64,000 bases of DNA, taken from Raja brachyura (taxonomy: Eukaryota). The position numbers were made by a program, and so were the translations under genes. Positions 1-12,342 of this stretch are shown here, in pieces (position 1 is the first letter of the stretch; each line of letters begins with the position of its first letter). The stretch covers positions 12,152,001 to 12,216,000 of the forward strand of contig OY740814.1 in NCBI GenBank assembly GCA_963514005.1, written 5' to 3'. The notes under the pieces are model-generated. The model was not told where the DNA came from and did not search any database. It saw only the letters and a program-made list of their open reading frames with translations.

Positions 1-319
1 AGAGTTTTTTTAACTTGAGTCTTTTTTAACAGTTTCATTCCTAGCAGCAGCCAAGTCCCTCTTCTCAATGCAACCCCTCCCTGGTGCAAATGAAAATAAT
101 TCTGCTTCCTGATGTCTGCAAAGCAATTCATGGAAGAATAACGTATATGCATATGGATTATTTCGCAGTAGAATTCTGACCAAGACAGTGCTGTATGCCA
201 AGAGGATAGAATACATATTTAGAACCAAAATCTTCATTTAAAATCATTTCTCAATGGAAGATTTAGTTCAGAGTATCCAAAAACATTTTACAGTTAATGA
301 ATATGAGGATGTTTCATTG

Positions 320-745
320 GAAGGGCTGAGTAACAGGGCAAGCTGGGACTTTATTCCTTGGAGAGTAGGAGGATGAGGGGTGACCTTATACAAGATGTAT
401 ACTAGGGGAATAAATAGGGTGAATGCACAGATCGTTTACCGCAAAAAAGGGAATCAAAAACCAGGGAAATAGGTTTAAGGTGAGAGTGGAAAGATTTAAT
501 AGCAACCTCAGTGATGACTTTATCCTTCAGAGGGCAGTAAGTGTATGGAACAAACTACCAAAGGAGTTAGTTGAGGCAGGTGCTCGAACACCATTTAAAA
601 GGCATTTAGACAGGTACATGGATAGGAATAGTTTAGAGGGCTACGGGCCACACTTGGGCAGGTGGGACTAGAATAGATGGAGATCCTTGGTCAAGTTGCA
701 TTGGCAAGTTGGGCTGAAGGACTCCGTGCTATATGACTCTTAATA
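320..745 (+). mobile_element. CR1/HER1-type LINE 3' fragment
   Basis: QRAVSVWNKLPKELVEAG...FKRHLDRYM C-terminal motif plus gggctgaagg tail. Confidence 0.85.
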
Positions 746-818
746 TTTTTAAAACCGTTGTAATACAGGAAACGTAATAGTAAATGTTGCCCAAATACAA
801 CCTGATAATGACAAGGTA

Positions 819-1023
819 GACGCAAAATGCTGGAGTTACTCAGCGGGACAGGCAGCATCTCTGGAGAGAAGGAATGGTTGATGTTTCGGGTCGAGACCCT
901 TCTCAACCTGAAATGTCACCCATACCATCTCTCCAGAGTTGCTGCCTGTCCCGCTGAGTTATTCCAGCACTTTGTGTCTACCTTCGAGTTTAAACCAGCA
1001 TCTGCAGTTCCTTCCTGCACATG
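819..1023. mobile_element. Penelope-derived short element, inverted (fold-back) pair
   Basis: Two inverted arms (aatgctggagttactcagcgggacaggcagca / tgctgcctgtcccgctgagttattccagcact); duplication ATGACAAGGTA at 808-818 and 1024-1034. Confidence 0.75.
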
Positions 1024-2270
1024 ATGACAAGGTAATCTCAGTACCATTGGTTGATGTATAAGAACTAGTCAGAACATTGGGGTTAACTCTGCTGCACCTT
1101 TCCCCACATGAATGCACATGATGGAGGAAACATTAAGTAGCAGCTGAGGTGGGATGGAGCATTTGTTGGGGGTCTTAACAGAGTGGGAACAAAGAAGAAG
1201 AGGCACAATATGCTGGAGTAACTCAGCGGGTCAGGCAGCATCCCTGGAGAACATGGATAAATGACATTTCAGCTGAAGACCCTTTTCCAGAGGTCAGAAT
1301 AAAGATGGAAGTTGGTTTAACTAGAAAGTTGCAGCTGCAAAGGTTGTTCATTGCTTTAAGATGTAACAAGAAACGCACGAGTGGAGAAACGAGAAGTGGA
1401 AAATACGTGCAGTATTTGTGCGGTAGTGAAGGAATGAAGACCAGCTCGAATAAGAGGTTGGAAAGAAAGAATCGTCCATCTTAAACTGGGTTGAGAAAGA
1501 ATGCCAATATTATGCAAGAGCTTGAGAAGGAATGTTTGTACAGAGAGTGGAGACTTGGATGAATAGTCACTATGAACCGAGTTTAGCGGGGGTAAAGGAC
1601 GTTTGGTGAACAGGAGCAAAGGGGAATCTTTACCAAAAAAATCTAGTTTATTTGTATTTTAGTATTAAATCTAGTATTTTAAATTAATCTGCTCAATTTT
1701 GTCCATTGAGTCACCTTTATTAATTACTATAAAAGTATTTTGCATGAATGCTTTTTTGTAGCCACATAATTAGAGAAACTATTTCTACAGTATAGAAACA
1801 TGCCCTTCAACCCACCACATTGATGCCATCCATCAAGTACATATCAACACTAAATGCATTTAGTAGCACTTGGTAATGTTATTTCTATTTGAAAAACTGC
1901 TGCTAAATTAGCTGCTAAATTTGTATAAGATAATTATAAGCAGTTGAATAAGGGGTGGGAATTATAAGCTCTGGCTTTTTCCTGCTCCTTTTCGGACACG
2001 TATGATTTCATTTATTTATAAATATTGTTTATGACACTTTATAAATATTCTTGTTTTGCTTTTTTGTTTTTTGTATGCTGTTTCACACTTGCTTTTTATT
2101 CTTTTATTCTGCTCAAAATAAATAAATAAATAAATGTGATTAGACACACATTCAATTACCATTTATTAATGTAATCTTAGGTGTAGGGTCATTCAGTATT
2201 GCAATGTTCTGCACAGATTATAACCTCCCAGTGATAAAAAAAAACCTGTAACAACTACTTTTAATAATTA

Positions 2271-2465
2271 CTAGACCAAGTGCAGACCCGTTGGGTCTGC
2301 TCCCCCAACGCGCGGGGGGGGGGGGGGGGGGGGGTTGGCGTGCGGGATGGCATGCAGCGTCACACACACTAACTACTCCCTTGAAATTATATTAATATTA
2401 TTAATTAGATCCTTTTACCCCATGACCGCCCTATCCACTGACACATAGCCCCCTACTCGCAGGCG
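2271..2465 (-). mobile_element. Non-autonomous Helitron-like element (3' end clear, 5' end approximate)
   Basis: Minus strand reads GCAGACCC-aac-GGGTCTGC hairpin, 7 nt, then CTAG|T. Confidence 0.6.
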
Positions 2466-2928
2466 AAATAATTAAATATAAAACGATAGTAAAATTATTT
2501 TTGAGTTTGAGAATGTACCATTATCAAACAAAAACAAACCATTCCTGTGGGAAGATGGGAGATGATTTTGTTCAAACTAGGTTTGCTCACATTTTATTCC
2601 AAATTCAGTGTTTGCTCACATTTTTCATGTGATAGTCTTTGTTGACATTTTTAAATCTCTGAAGTTTGTATTTTTTCTCCTTTAAAATATCAAATTAAAA
2701 TTTTACAACATTCATGTGTGTGGGACATCCATTGAAACTACCCATGTTTTGTTTTTAGAATTTGGTCTCTGAAAGATTAATAACCATTGTAAAATTCTGC
2801 ATAAATAAGAATAACTAAATGTGCCAGATAATATTTTCATTCAGTCACATCAAAGCACTGGCCTTGATCATTTCTCCTGTTTTATTTTGAGGTGATAGCT
2901 TTTTTCTTTAGCGAGGAGGACTTTCTTA

Positions 2929-3208
2929 TGCCCCTGTCCCACTTAGGAAACCCGAACGGAAACCTCTGGAGACTTTGCGCCCCACCCAAGGTTTCCGTGC
3001 GGTTCCCGGAGGTTTTTGTCCTCCGGCAACCACCTTCAACTAGCATCGCAACCGGCTTCGACTAAAAAATTACAGATTTTTAAAAGGGAAACCACTTTCG
3101 ACCATTAGGGAGACTGACAAAAACCTCCAGGAAACCGCACGGAAACCTTGGGTGGGGCGCAAAGTCTCCAGAGGTTTCCGTTCAGGTTTCCTCAGTGGGA
3201 CAGGGGCA
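2929..3208. mobile_element. PIF/Harbinger-type MITE, 280 bp
   Basis: About 90 bp TIRs starting TGCCCCTGTCCCACT; TTA on both flanks. Confidence 0.85.
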
Positions 3209-3802
3209 TTAGAGTTGTTTGTCAGTTTTACCGAGTTGAGATTTTCGAAGGTTGGCAAGATACACAAGAGGATCTGTTGAAAATATTTCATAAGTAGGGT
3301 TTGGTGACCATGTTAATACAACACTAAGTTTGTGTCGGGAACGTGCCAGGTTCTGCATTGGTGGGAACTCCACACTGAATTTGGAAAAAATAAAATGGAC
3401 CAAGAATGGGTCATTTTATTCTGATAGGTTTGAGGTGTTTATATTGGCAACCAAGAACTAAATTGTTTGCTTATGATTTTCAGTGACTTGCTTCCATACG
3501 CCACCACTGTGTTGTGCCAGGAATGTAATAATGTATGAAAAGATTGTTGTGTATGAGTGGTACATTACAATATGGTTTCATTTAAAACCATGTCTCTATG
3601 TACCTTTCATGCACAATTTCTTAAGTGTTATTAAGAATCTTGGCACGGTCTGATGATTGTTGATGGTAATAAGAGTAAAACTGTTTTTTGGAGAGAAAAA
3701 AAGGGATCGAGTGAAGGAATCTGAAATTCCACCAAAACAAAACAAATTATTAAAATCAGAATCTAACAAGTGGTTGAATTGAAAACTGAAGAATTTATGT
3801 TA

Positions 3803-3881
3803 TGCCTGAAGAAGGGTCTCGACCTGAAACATCACCCTTTTCTTCACTCCAGATTTACTCCAGCATTTTGTGTCTATCTTC
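3803..3881 (+). mobile_element. Penelope-derived short element with decayed hammerhead motif
   Basis: CTGAAGAAGGGTCTCGACCTGAAACATC; flanking GAA(T/G)TTATGTTA duplication. Confidence 0.7.
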
Positions 3882-5152
3882 GAAGTTATGTTAAACTTTC
3901 TTTTAATGTTGGCCTGACTTGATTGGGCAATGCAGTGGCGATAAATCTTCTGGTTTTCTTTGAAATAATTCCACAGGATCTTTTCCATCCAACTGAGAAA
4001 GCAGATGCAGCTTTGGGGGATGAATGAGATTGCATTAGATGTTAAGTAGAAGCAGATGCAGTTCTGGTTGTTATATCTGAAATAAAAAGGATCGGGTTAG
4101 CACAAAGGCTGGAAGAATGTTTACAAGGTTGATTCCAGAAATGCAGAATCATATCTATTGTGAAAAGAGGTGAACAGGTGACTCTTTTACTGCTTGTAAA
4201 GTAAAGGCTGAGAGATGACAGAATGCAATGTTCCAAGATTTATGAAGCGCTTCTGAGAATCATTCAGCGTTTTCATTCTGAGCAAAAGCAACACCAGACA
4301 CAATCAAAAGAAGGTATTCACCAATAACTGAAATAGGGAATGTCAAGGAAGTGACTTTACCCTGAGATTAATGAGAACAACCAGAGGGTAGTGAGAACAT
4401 AGAACCTCTTTACCATAAGGCACAATTAAGGCAAATGCATTGATGCATGCAAGAGGAAGCCAGATTATCATCTGAAGGAGCAGGAAGTGGGTGGGGACAG
4501 TGCTGATAATAAGAGGTGAAATGAACACAGGCCCAAGTGAAGCACCCACACTAGCATGAACTGAATGGACATGACCTATTTCTGAACTGTATCTGTACAT
4601 TGTCGACAGCCCAATTGTAACCATGTAGACTTTCCACTGACTGGATACCATGCAACAAAGAGCTTTTCGCTGAACCTCAGTACACGTGACAATAAACTAA
4701 ACTAAACTATTCTATATACCCTTGTCCCTGCAGACTGAAAGCATTACTTTATATTCAGACAGCTCAGAAAAAAATTTGACTTGATGACAGGCAAATCTAT
4801 TGTTCATCTTCCAAAAATATAAGAAAGCACAAGGCCAGGAAATGTTGGCAGAGATGTGACTTTTATGTTGGACTGAATTGTAAATGTGTTCTAAGCCACG
4901 GCTTATCACACTGATAATTTGGAATCACCTTGTTTGCAGAGACCATTGGTCTATCACTGTAGAGGAACCATTCCCAGAATCTCAGTTATTTTCTTTGTGA
5001 TTAAATTATTGAAATTGTAGTTTATCCAAGTTTTACTGGCACAATTATGTTATTTATTTCCATTATCCCTTTACAACTTTTATTTTCAAAGTGCTCTAGC
5101 GTCCTCTGTTGGTTAGTGACAGGACTGCAAGTAAACAGGTATCCATGTTTTA

Positions 5153-5246
5153 CCTGAAGAAGGGTCTCGACCCGAAACGTCGCCTATCTCCTTCGCTCCC
5201 TAGATGCTGCTGCACCCGCTGAGTTTCTCCAGCTTTTTGTGTAACC
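5153..5246 (+). mobile_element. 94-bp Penelope-derived element with intact minimal hammerhead core
   Basis: CTGAAGA-A-GGGTCTCGACCC-GAAACGTC at 5154-5181; perfect 12-bp duplication ATCCATGTTTTA at 5141-5152 and 5247-5258. Confidence 0.8.
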
Positions 5247-7268
5247 ATCCATGTTTTAATGTTCCACTCCAATGTGCATGTAGGTAGCAAACCCGCTAAA
5301 ATGGGGGGAGCTGTCCATATCTGTTCAATGTCAGAATCACGTTTGGTCCGTAGATTGCCTGACGACCCTGGAGCCAGTTGACCTGACCAGGTGGGGTATA
5401 GAATATTGGAAATGTGACCAGGATTAAGCAAAGGATTTATCTGGTTAACTACGTCCTTCTGTAGTTGGTACACACTGGTGATTTGCAATGCAGTGAGTGA
5501 GAATCCAGTGAGAGACACCATGGGCCATCTAATTAATGCAGAAAGAAAACCATTTTTTTGAGGTTGGATCACTGCAAGAAGCTTACCTCAGCCAACTACT
5601 TATAGTCCCCGATCTTTGCTTATTTTTAAAAGATGTATATACTTTGACATTGGTAGGTCCTACCAATGGACCAGATAGTCTATGTTCCTCTACACAGCAC
5701 TGCCAGACATTGGTACTCTGTTGGTTTTTCCAATAGTCCATCATTTGCTACACAGCATGGTGGCCATCGTGCATCCTTGATGTTGGTAGGTGGTAACAAA
5801 AGAGTCGTGATTGCTGGGCCCAATCCTACTACAAAGATACAGATGGAATAACAAGGAATTGCAGGTGCTGGTTTATCAAAGAAAGACACAAAATGCCAGA
5901 GTAACTCAGCGGGCAAAGGCAGTATCTCTGGAGGAGGTGCACATTGTTGAATTGTGATTGAATGTTGACTGGAGCGATGATCACTTTGTGAGTTCCACCT
6001 TCTGCAATGCGACTCTTCAAACCACAGCGCGACTCGTCACCACTCTTCACCATTCTGGTGGGGCCAGAGTGGTGACAGGGGTTTTGAGCGTGACTAGATG
6101 TGACTCACTGATGGGAAAGTAAACCACCGTTTCAGTGCGTGAGTACAATCAGGGTTGGTTCCATTCGCAGATTGCAGGACAAATTTAATTACTAATCCAA
6201 CAGCCTCCTCTCCAGTGCTGTCATGTGACACTTCTAAATTGCCAATTGACTCCTTTACTGGTGTTCAGTAAGGATTTTGTCAGGAATAGTTGGCTCTGAA
6301 ACTCTGGAAGCATTGATACAAGAGCTGAATTCCAGAGGGGAGATGATTGCCACAAACATCAGGGTAATATGAATGGAAAGGAAAAATCATGTATTTGCAG
6401 ACTAAACCTTAAATGACTTAAGGGCAATCCTCGACTAGACTCGAGTCATGGATAGCGCCAAAGAAGTTGACTGATTAATGGTGCAATTCATCTCTGCCTC
6501 GGGAAGGTGCTACTGGAGTCTTTCAAAGCAATGGCGTAATCTAGCCATGCCCCATTTTTCACAAATGACCATTCTTCTGCCATATCAGGAAGAGGGGTGT
6601 TTGCTAATGACTGATAACTCTCTGCAGAGTACCAGATGCAGCTCCTCAGATATTGAAGGAGTTCTATGCCTGCATGAAGTAGGATTTGGCTGCCATTCAA
6701 GTGAGCGCAAGTAATCATTGTGCTACACAAGTGACACACAATTTATGTCTCTAAAAAGTGAATATAATCACCTTCAAAGGCATCATTATTGGTAAATCCA
6801 CAGCCAACAAAATCTTCAGTGTCATCATTGACCAAAATTGAAACTAGAACAACCACTTAAATCCTGTGTCTACAATAGGAGGTCAAGGGCTGTGCATCCT
6901 CCATCACATAACTTGTCCCTTGATTCCCATTTTTCCATTAATAGTACATAAGTCAGGCATCCCAGCAAGTCACTTGAAAGGACATGGTCACACCTTCATG
7001 ATCACTGGATCAAAGTATTGAAAGGCCCTGTACAACCACACCAGGAAGATCCTTTCATCACAAGCACTGACATTATCTTGAGGGCGTTCAAGAATCAGCA
7101 ACAAGTGCCAGTGATGCCTACTTCTCAATTAATTTAACAAAAGTAATTAAGTTGAGATAGTTGTACATTTCCCTGCTTTACGATGATTAACTTCTTGTTT
7201 TTTCTCTTCCCCCACCCCTTCCCCATCCCCATTCCCAACCGTGCACCATTTCTCTTGATTTCTCTTAG

Positions 7269-7319
7269 ACCAGGGATGATTTTCTGGGCCTGGTGGATAT
7301 TCCTCTTCATCATATACCG
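7269..7319 (+). CDS. NEDD4: NEDD4 exon, C2 domain (TRDDFLGLVDIPLHHIP)
   Basis: ctcttag acceptor, gtacgt donor, 51 nt, phase 0/0. Confidence 0.93.
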
Positions 7320-8218
7320 GTACGTTATAATTGCACCACAGAGACTATTTGGTATTTTAGACCAATTTTGTTTCATTCATGTAACTACTTCCTTTTTGAT
7401 TAAAAAGAATGTCCAAGGAAAAGTGCTGTCAAATACTCAGCAGGTGTTGTAGCATCTGCAGAGGGAGTAACGATCGCTCCTTCAGCTTGGTGACCTTTCA
7501 TTAGAACTTAACTTAATTACAAATGAAAGGAGCTTTACATTGCAGTGAAGCGAGTTGGGGGATAGCATAGGTTGTGGGTGCAGAGAACAGGAGTGTGAGA
7601 GATTGGGGAAAATGAGATGGACACCTCGAGGCTGGAGAAGGAGGCCAGTGAAGCTGGTGAGTAACAACCATCGTGCTAGCGGAGGTAAACGTTGGGAGAA
7701 GTGAATTAAATCTGAAATACCAGGGGACGAGAAATAGATATTTGATGGAATATGAGGTCCAAGGTTGGAATAATCAGAAAACCTTGAACTTGATGTTGCG
7801 CCTGGTGGTGTGTAATATGCACAGGTGATGTGGTTTTTTTTCAGGCTTACACCGAGCTTACCTGAACAAAGTTGGAACCCACAAATAGTGTTTAGAATGG
7901 GATAGTCAGACAGGCACCAAGAATCTCCAATACATCCTTGCTGACTGAATGGAAGTGTTTTGCATCTGATTACTGCAAAATGCCATGAACTGTGATGTTA
8001 ACTATTTGCTCAACTAATCAAATAAAGAACAGGACTCGTGGTTGTCAAACACTGTTGGCAGATATTATGCAGAAACCTACAAGTTGGATTATATGCCTTT
8101 CTTGATTGAAGGAAAATATGTAGCAAGCTGTTCGGAAAATAATTAAAGGCTGTAGTGGAAAAATGTAATTGAAATATAGGCTAATGGATTGGAATTAATG
8201 GCTACTTTTTAATTGCAG

Positions 8219-8280
8219 ACGGAAAATCCAAACTTAGACAGACCATATACATTCAAGGATTTTATTCTCCATCCCAGAAG
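8219..8280 (+). CDS. NEDD4: NEDD4 exon, C2 (TENPNLDRPYTFKDFILHPRS)
   Basis: ttgcag acceptor, gtaatt donor, 62 nt. Confidence 0.95.
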
Positions 8281-9657
8281 GTAATTGGAAGGATTCAAGT
8301 GAATGTGGACTGTGGACTGTGGCTACATTTGTCTTTTGGAGTTAATGTGAATGTTGTTGTTGTATTTATATTTTAATTATTTTCTACTGTGCTGCATGCA
8401 ACATGTCGACACAGACATGCGCCATCTTAGGGATAATTAAAAATAAGGCGTTACATTTTATTTCTACTGGGTCAAACTTGCTGTGCTGAGATTCCCTTCA
8501 TACTCGCATTCTAAGTTGTTGGAAGCAGCGTATAATGACATTAACATAAATGTAGAAAAGCTGACACCCTCATCTTGGCTGTATATTTATCTATACAGTA
8601 AGGATATTTCTGAATATGTGGTAAAATGAATTGTGGGACTGAACAGCACAGGAAGGACCCCACTTGGATCATCTTCATGCTGACTGAAAAAGAGCTATGC
8701 CAGCTGAATTCACTTACCAGCATTTAGTCCATTGTCTTGTGGGTTTTGGCATGTCAAATCATTGTTCATGTACTGTTTTATATTCACTGAACTGTTTTGC
8801 TACTTCTCCATTTCAGTTCCAAACTCTCCCCATCCTCAGCATGAAAAACATTTCAGTCGCTTCTGCTCCAAGGAAAACAGCCTCAGCTTAACCAATCTTT
8901 CATTAGAATTACAACTCCCAAGTTCTGAACCCTCTTTCTTTTGCAGTCATATTCCCTTTGCCGTGCAGAATTGCATACAGTGTTCTTTCTGCAGCCTTGC
9001 TAGTCCTATATGTTGTTCAGGGTTACATCTTCTCTGATATTCTCTGTATCACTCTTCCACATGCTGCCGTATTCATCTTATCGGAAGCCTTTTTTAAAAA
9101 AGTGTAGTGGTGCACGTCAAAGTTCCTCATTCTCACATGTTCACGGTAACCAAACATTTATTGTCTTCCCCAGCTTTCTTTGCCCTCTCCAAATGAATTT
9201 TGTTTTGCATTAGGCCATTGGCTGTTTTGCTAACCAGTCTGCATTCCACATCTGGCTGCCTCGCCATCAACTACACAGCAATATTATGTTACCTGCACAT
9301 TCCCACCTCTATTTAAACTGAACACCTAGCACCAAACTCTGTGAAACCCCACCTAACAACCACCCAATTACAAAGTCAACATAGCCTTTACTATAAGCCA
9401 TTGAGACGATTTTAGATCTAGCTCACGCCCTTTCCATGATACCAAGGGGTTTAATTTATCTGATTCATTTGTTATGTGGGATATGGGAAAGTTCCTGTTC
9501 AAGTCCATGTATTTTAAGTCCAAATAGCGATCCTCCTTGATATCTCCTCAAGAAATGTCAATGAAGTTAGGTGACTAAATTCAAGCTGATTGAGTGATTG
9601 AACGATGGAGCATGGAAACAGGCTGTTCAGCAGACACCTAATCACCCGTTCACACTA

Positions 9658-10033
9658 TGTGGACGAAAGAACTGCAGACGCTGGTTTAAATCGAAGGTAG
9701 ACACAAAATGCTGGAGTAACTCACCCATCAAGTGGGTGAGGCAGCAATTCTCACCCAATGCTGCCTCACCCATCAAGTGGGTGAGGCAGCAATTCTGGAG
9801 AGAAGGAATGGGCGACGTTTCGGGTCGAGACCATCAGGGGAGGGGGCGGGACAAAGTTAGAATGCAGTCGGAGACAGGAAGACTAGTGGGCTGTCTCCAA
9901 CTACATTCTATCTATTTCCCGCCCCCTCCCCTGACATCAGTCTGAAGAAGGGTCTCGACCCGAAACGTCGCCCATTCCTTCTCTCCAGAGATGCTGCCTC
10001 ATCCGCTGAGTTACTCCAGCATTTTGTGTCCAG
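9658..10033. mobile_element. Penelope-derived inverted-pair element with intact hammerhead core (9942-9969, +)
   Basis: Inverted arms; 11-bp duplication CGTTCACACTA at 9647-9657 and 10034-10044. Confidence 0.8.
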
Positions 10034-11598
10034 CGTTCACACTAGTTCTGTTATCTCACAGTCCTTGCCAATCTGTTTTTGTATGTTGATTACTATCTCC
10101 CAAACCTTTGTCTTTCTAAATAATGCTTGTACTCTCTCTATTTCTTCTGATTAATGTCCCCTTCATTGACGGGTCTGTAATTATTGGATGCATTCCCTTT
10201 TTCCACTTTGGTACCAGATTTGTGGTTGTGCTTTATTTGACACCATGACAGTGCTGAGAAAAGACTGGAAAATGATCCTTCACTATTTCCTCCCTTAATT
10301 TCTAAAATTCCAGTTTCATGTGGTGATGTATCTACATAAAATTAAACTCCAACAATAAGCTATTCTGATGTTTCAGCATGTGGCTCATTGGATTCTGTTT
10401 TGTGTGCATTCCTGAAACTCCTTGGGTTCATTGTAATATTACCCAACTGCATTAAAAAAAAGTATATTAAAGAGTTTTTGTGAATTAATAAGAGCAACAT
10501 CGAATCTGCTAGTGTGGCAGCAGTATAGGAACGTGATTTTCAGTGTTTCTTGAAATCCCCATCATCAAATGTGTCAACCTCTAATTCAAAAGGCTGATAT
10601 ATAGGAGTTTTAATTCACTGGGATCACTGGCGGAGAGGTGTTCAGTGCTGGATCAAACCCAATGACTGTCGCAAGTATGTAGCCAAGCCAGAATGGTACA
10701 AGAATGCTTGGTGCCTCATCAAATGATCCATCAATAGAAAGGAAAATATGATCCTTATTCATAGTCCACTGGAAAAATCTGTTTCAGAATTTTAAGCTGT
10801 CTAATACTAACAAAAAAATATTTGAAGTCCTCTTGCACTAAGACATTTCAATGGTCTAAAGAAAATGTCAACTTTGTAAATGGGGAGTTTTCTTATGGCC
10901 AAAAATATATCATGTGAGATAACTAGAATTAAATTACTTTGAATGAGAAATATGAAATCCGGCACTTTTTCTGGTAGCTTGCTCCAAACCTGAATGATTA
11001 ATTTCCCTCTGACATGTGGCCCTTGAGATGCCAGACATCCTCTTGTACCTCACTCAGCGGGCTATTTTTCATGGGGTGAGTTGCTATGGTAACTGTCAGC
11101 AAGTTGTGTCACTGTGCCAAATACCTATGGATGTTGTTTGCTTGAGCTTTCAAAAGGCGGTCTGAGGAATTCCTCAAAGGACTAAAACCAGCATCAGCTG
11201 AAATCATGGAATCCAGGATAAATGTTTGACTCGTTTGGGAAATTGGTTGACCAGCAGAAGATAGAGAATAGGAATAATGTAGAGTCCTCCAACTTGTATG
11301 ACATACAGTGCCCTCCATAATGTTTGGGACAAAGACCCATCATTTATTTATTTGCCTCTATGCTCCACAATTTGAGATTTGTAATAGAAAAAAAAAATCA
11401 CATGTGCTTAACATTTATAATACTACCCAACAAGATTTTCTACAACTGTGCAAGTACAGAACCATCAAGATTATAATTTGCGACCATGCATACTTTTATT
11501 TCCAAACATTTAATTAATCATTAGACTGGGGGTTGGTGGAGAAATAAAGGTTCTTATCATCTTGCATTACATTTAATTCGCACTTGTGTTCTCCACAG

Positions 11599-11701
11599 TC
11601 ATAAATCCAGGGTTAAAGGTCATCTTCGATTGAAGATGACCTATTTGCCTAAAAGTAATGCCTCTGAAGATGATGCTACAGAGACAAGTGATGATTTGGA
11701 G
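11599..11701 (+). CDS. NEDD4: NEDD4 exon, C2 end (HKSRVKGHLRLKMTYLPK...DDLE)
   Basis: ccacag acceptor, gtaagt donor, 103 nt. Confidence 0.95.
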
Positions 11702-11798
11702 GTAAGTGTAATGAATTGTCTATTGTTTGATGTTTATGGTTGTTGGATAGATTCTTTTTTGGCAGTGATTTTATAAAACCAATACATGGTTGTAAAGG

Positions 11799-11976
11799 TT
11801 TAAGAAGGAACTGCAGATGCTGGAAAAATCAAAGGTCGACAAAAATGCTGGAGAAACTCAGAGGGTGAGGCAGCATCTATGGAGCGAAGGAATAGGTGAC
11901 GTTTCGGGTCGAGACCTTTTCCTTCGCTCCATAGATGCTGCCTCACCCGCTGAGTTTCTCCAGCATTTTTGTCTAC
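11799..11976. mobile_element. Penelope-derived fold-back element about 100 bp after an exon
   Basis: aatgctggagaaactcagagggtgaggcagcatctatggagcgaagga inverted to tccttcgctccatagatgctgcctcacccgctgagtttctccagcatt; degenerate CATG..TAAAGG duplication. Confidence 0.75.
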
Positions 11977-12342
11977 CATGTTATAAAGGAGTGCTTATGT
12001 TTTATCAGTGAATGCTTCTTCTATGCATATGAATAAAAATGTATTGCTGTTTGCATACATGTTTGGGAATAAAAGATGAGAACGAACATGATTTGGTGGT
12101 ATGAAGTGTCAGTTTCCATGTGATATGACTTCTCTTTTCTGCTGTTGTACTGTAATTGCATAGCCTATATTGGAGAACTTAATCTTGCCGGACTGTCACA
12201 CATTATCGGACAAAAGCCTGCACGATGAAACTACGCAAAAATACAAATTATATTGGAGATTGAACTTCATGTATTTTGACTTGAAGCTACTTTGTGTAAA
12301 TGAGAGGGCAAGTTGGTCTTCAATCTGGCTTTGAGGATCTAA

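Noticed and set aside
1-7268. Upstream C2 exon or the large alternative first exon known in mammalian NEDD4
   Set aside because: No FEVFDENRL-type exon or long Ser-rich ORF was found, so they probably lie upstream of the window.
9720-9796. CRISPR-like repeat-spacer pattern
   Set aside because: Only two copies with a very short self-derived spacer, inside a retroelement in a vertebrate intron, and no cas genes.
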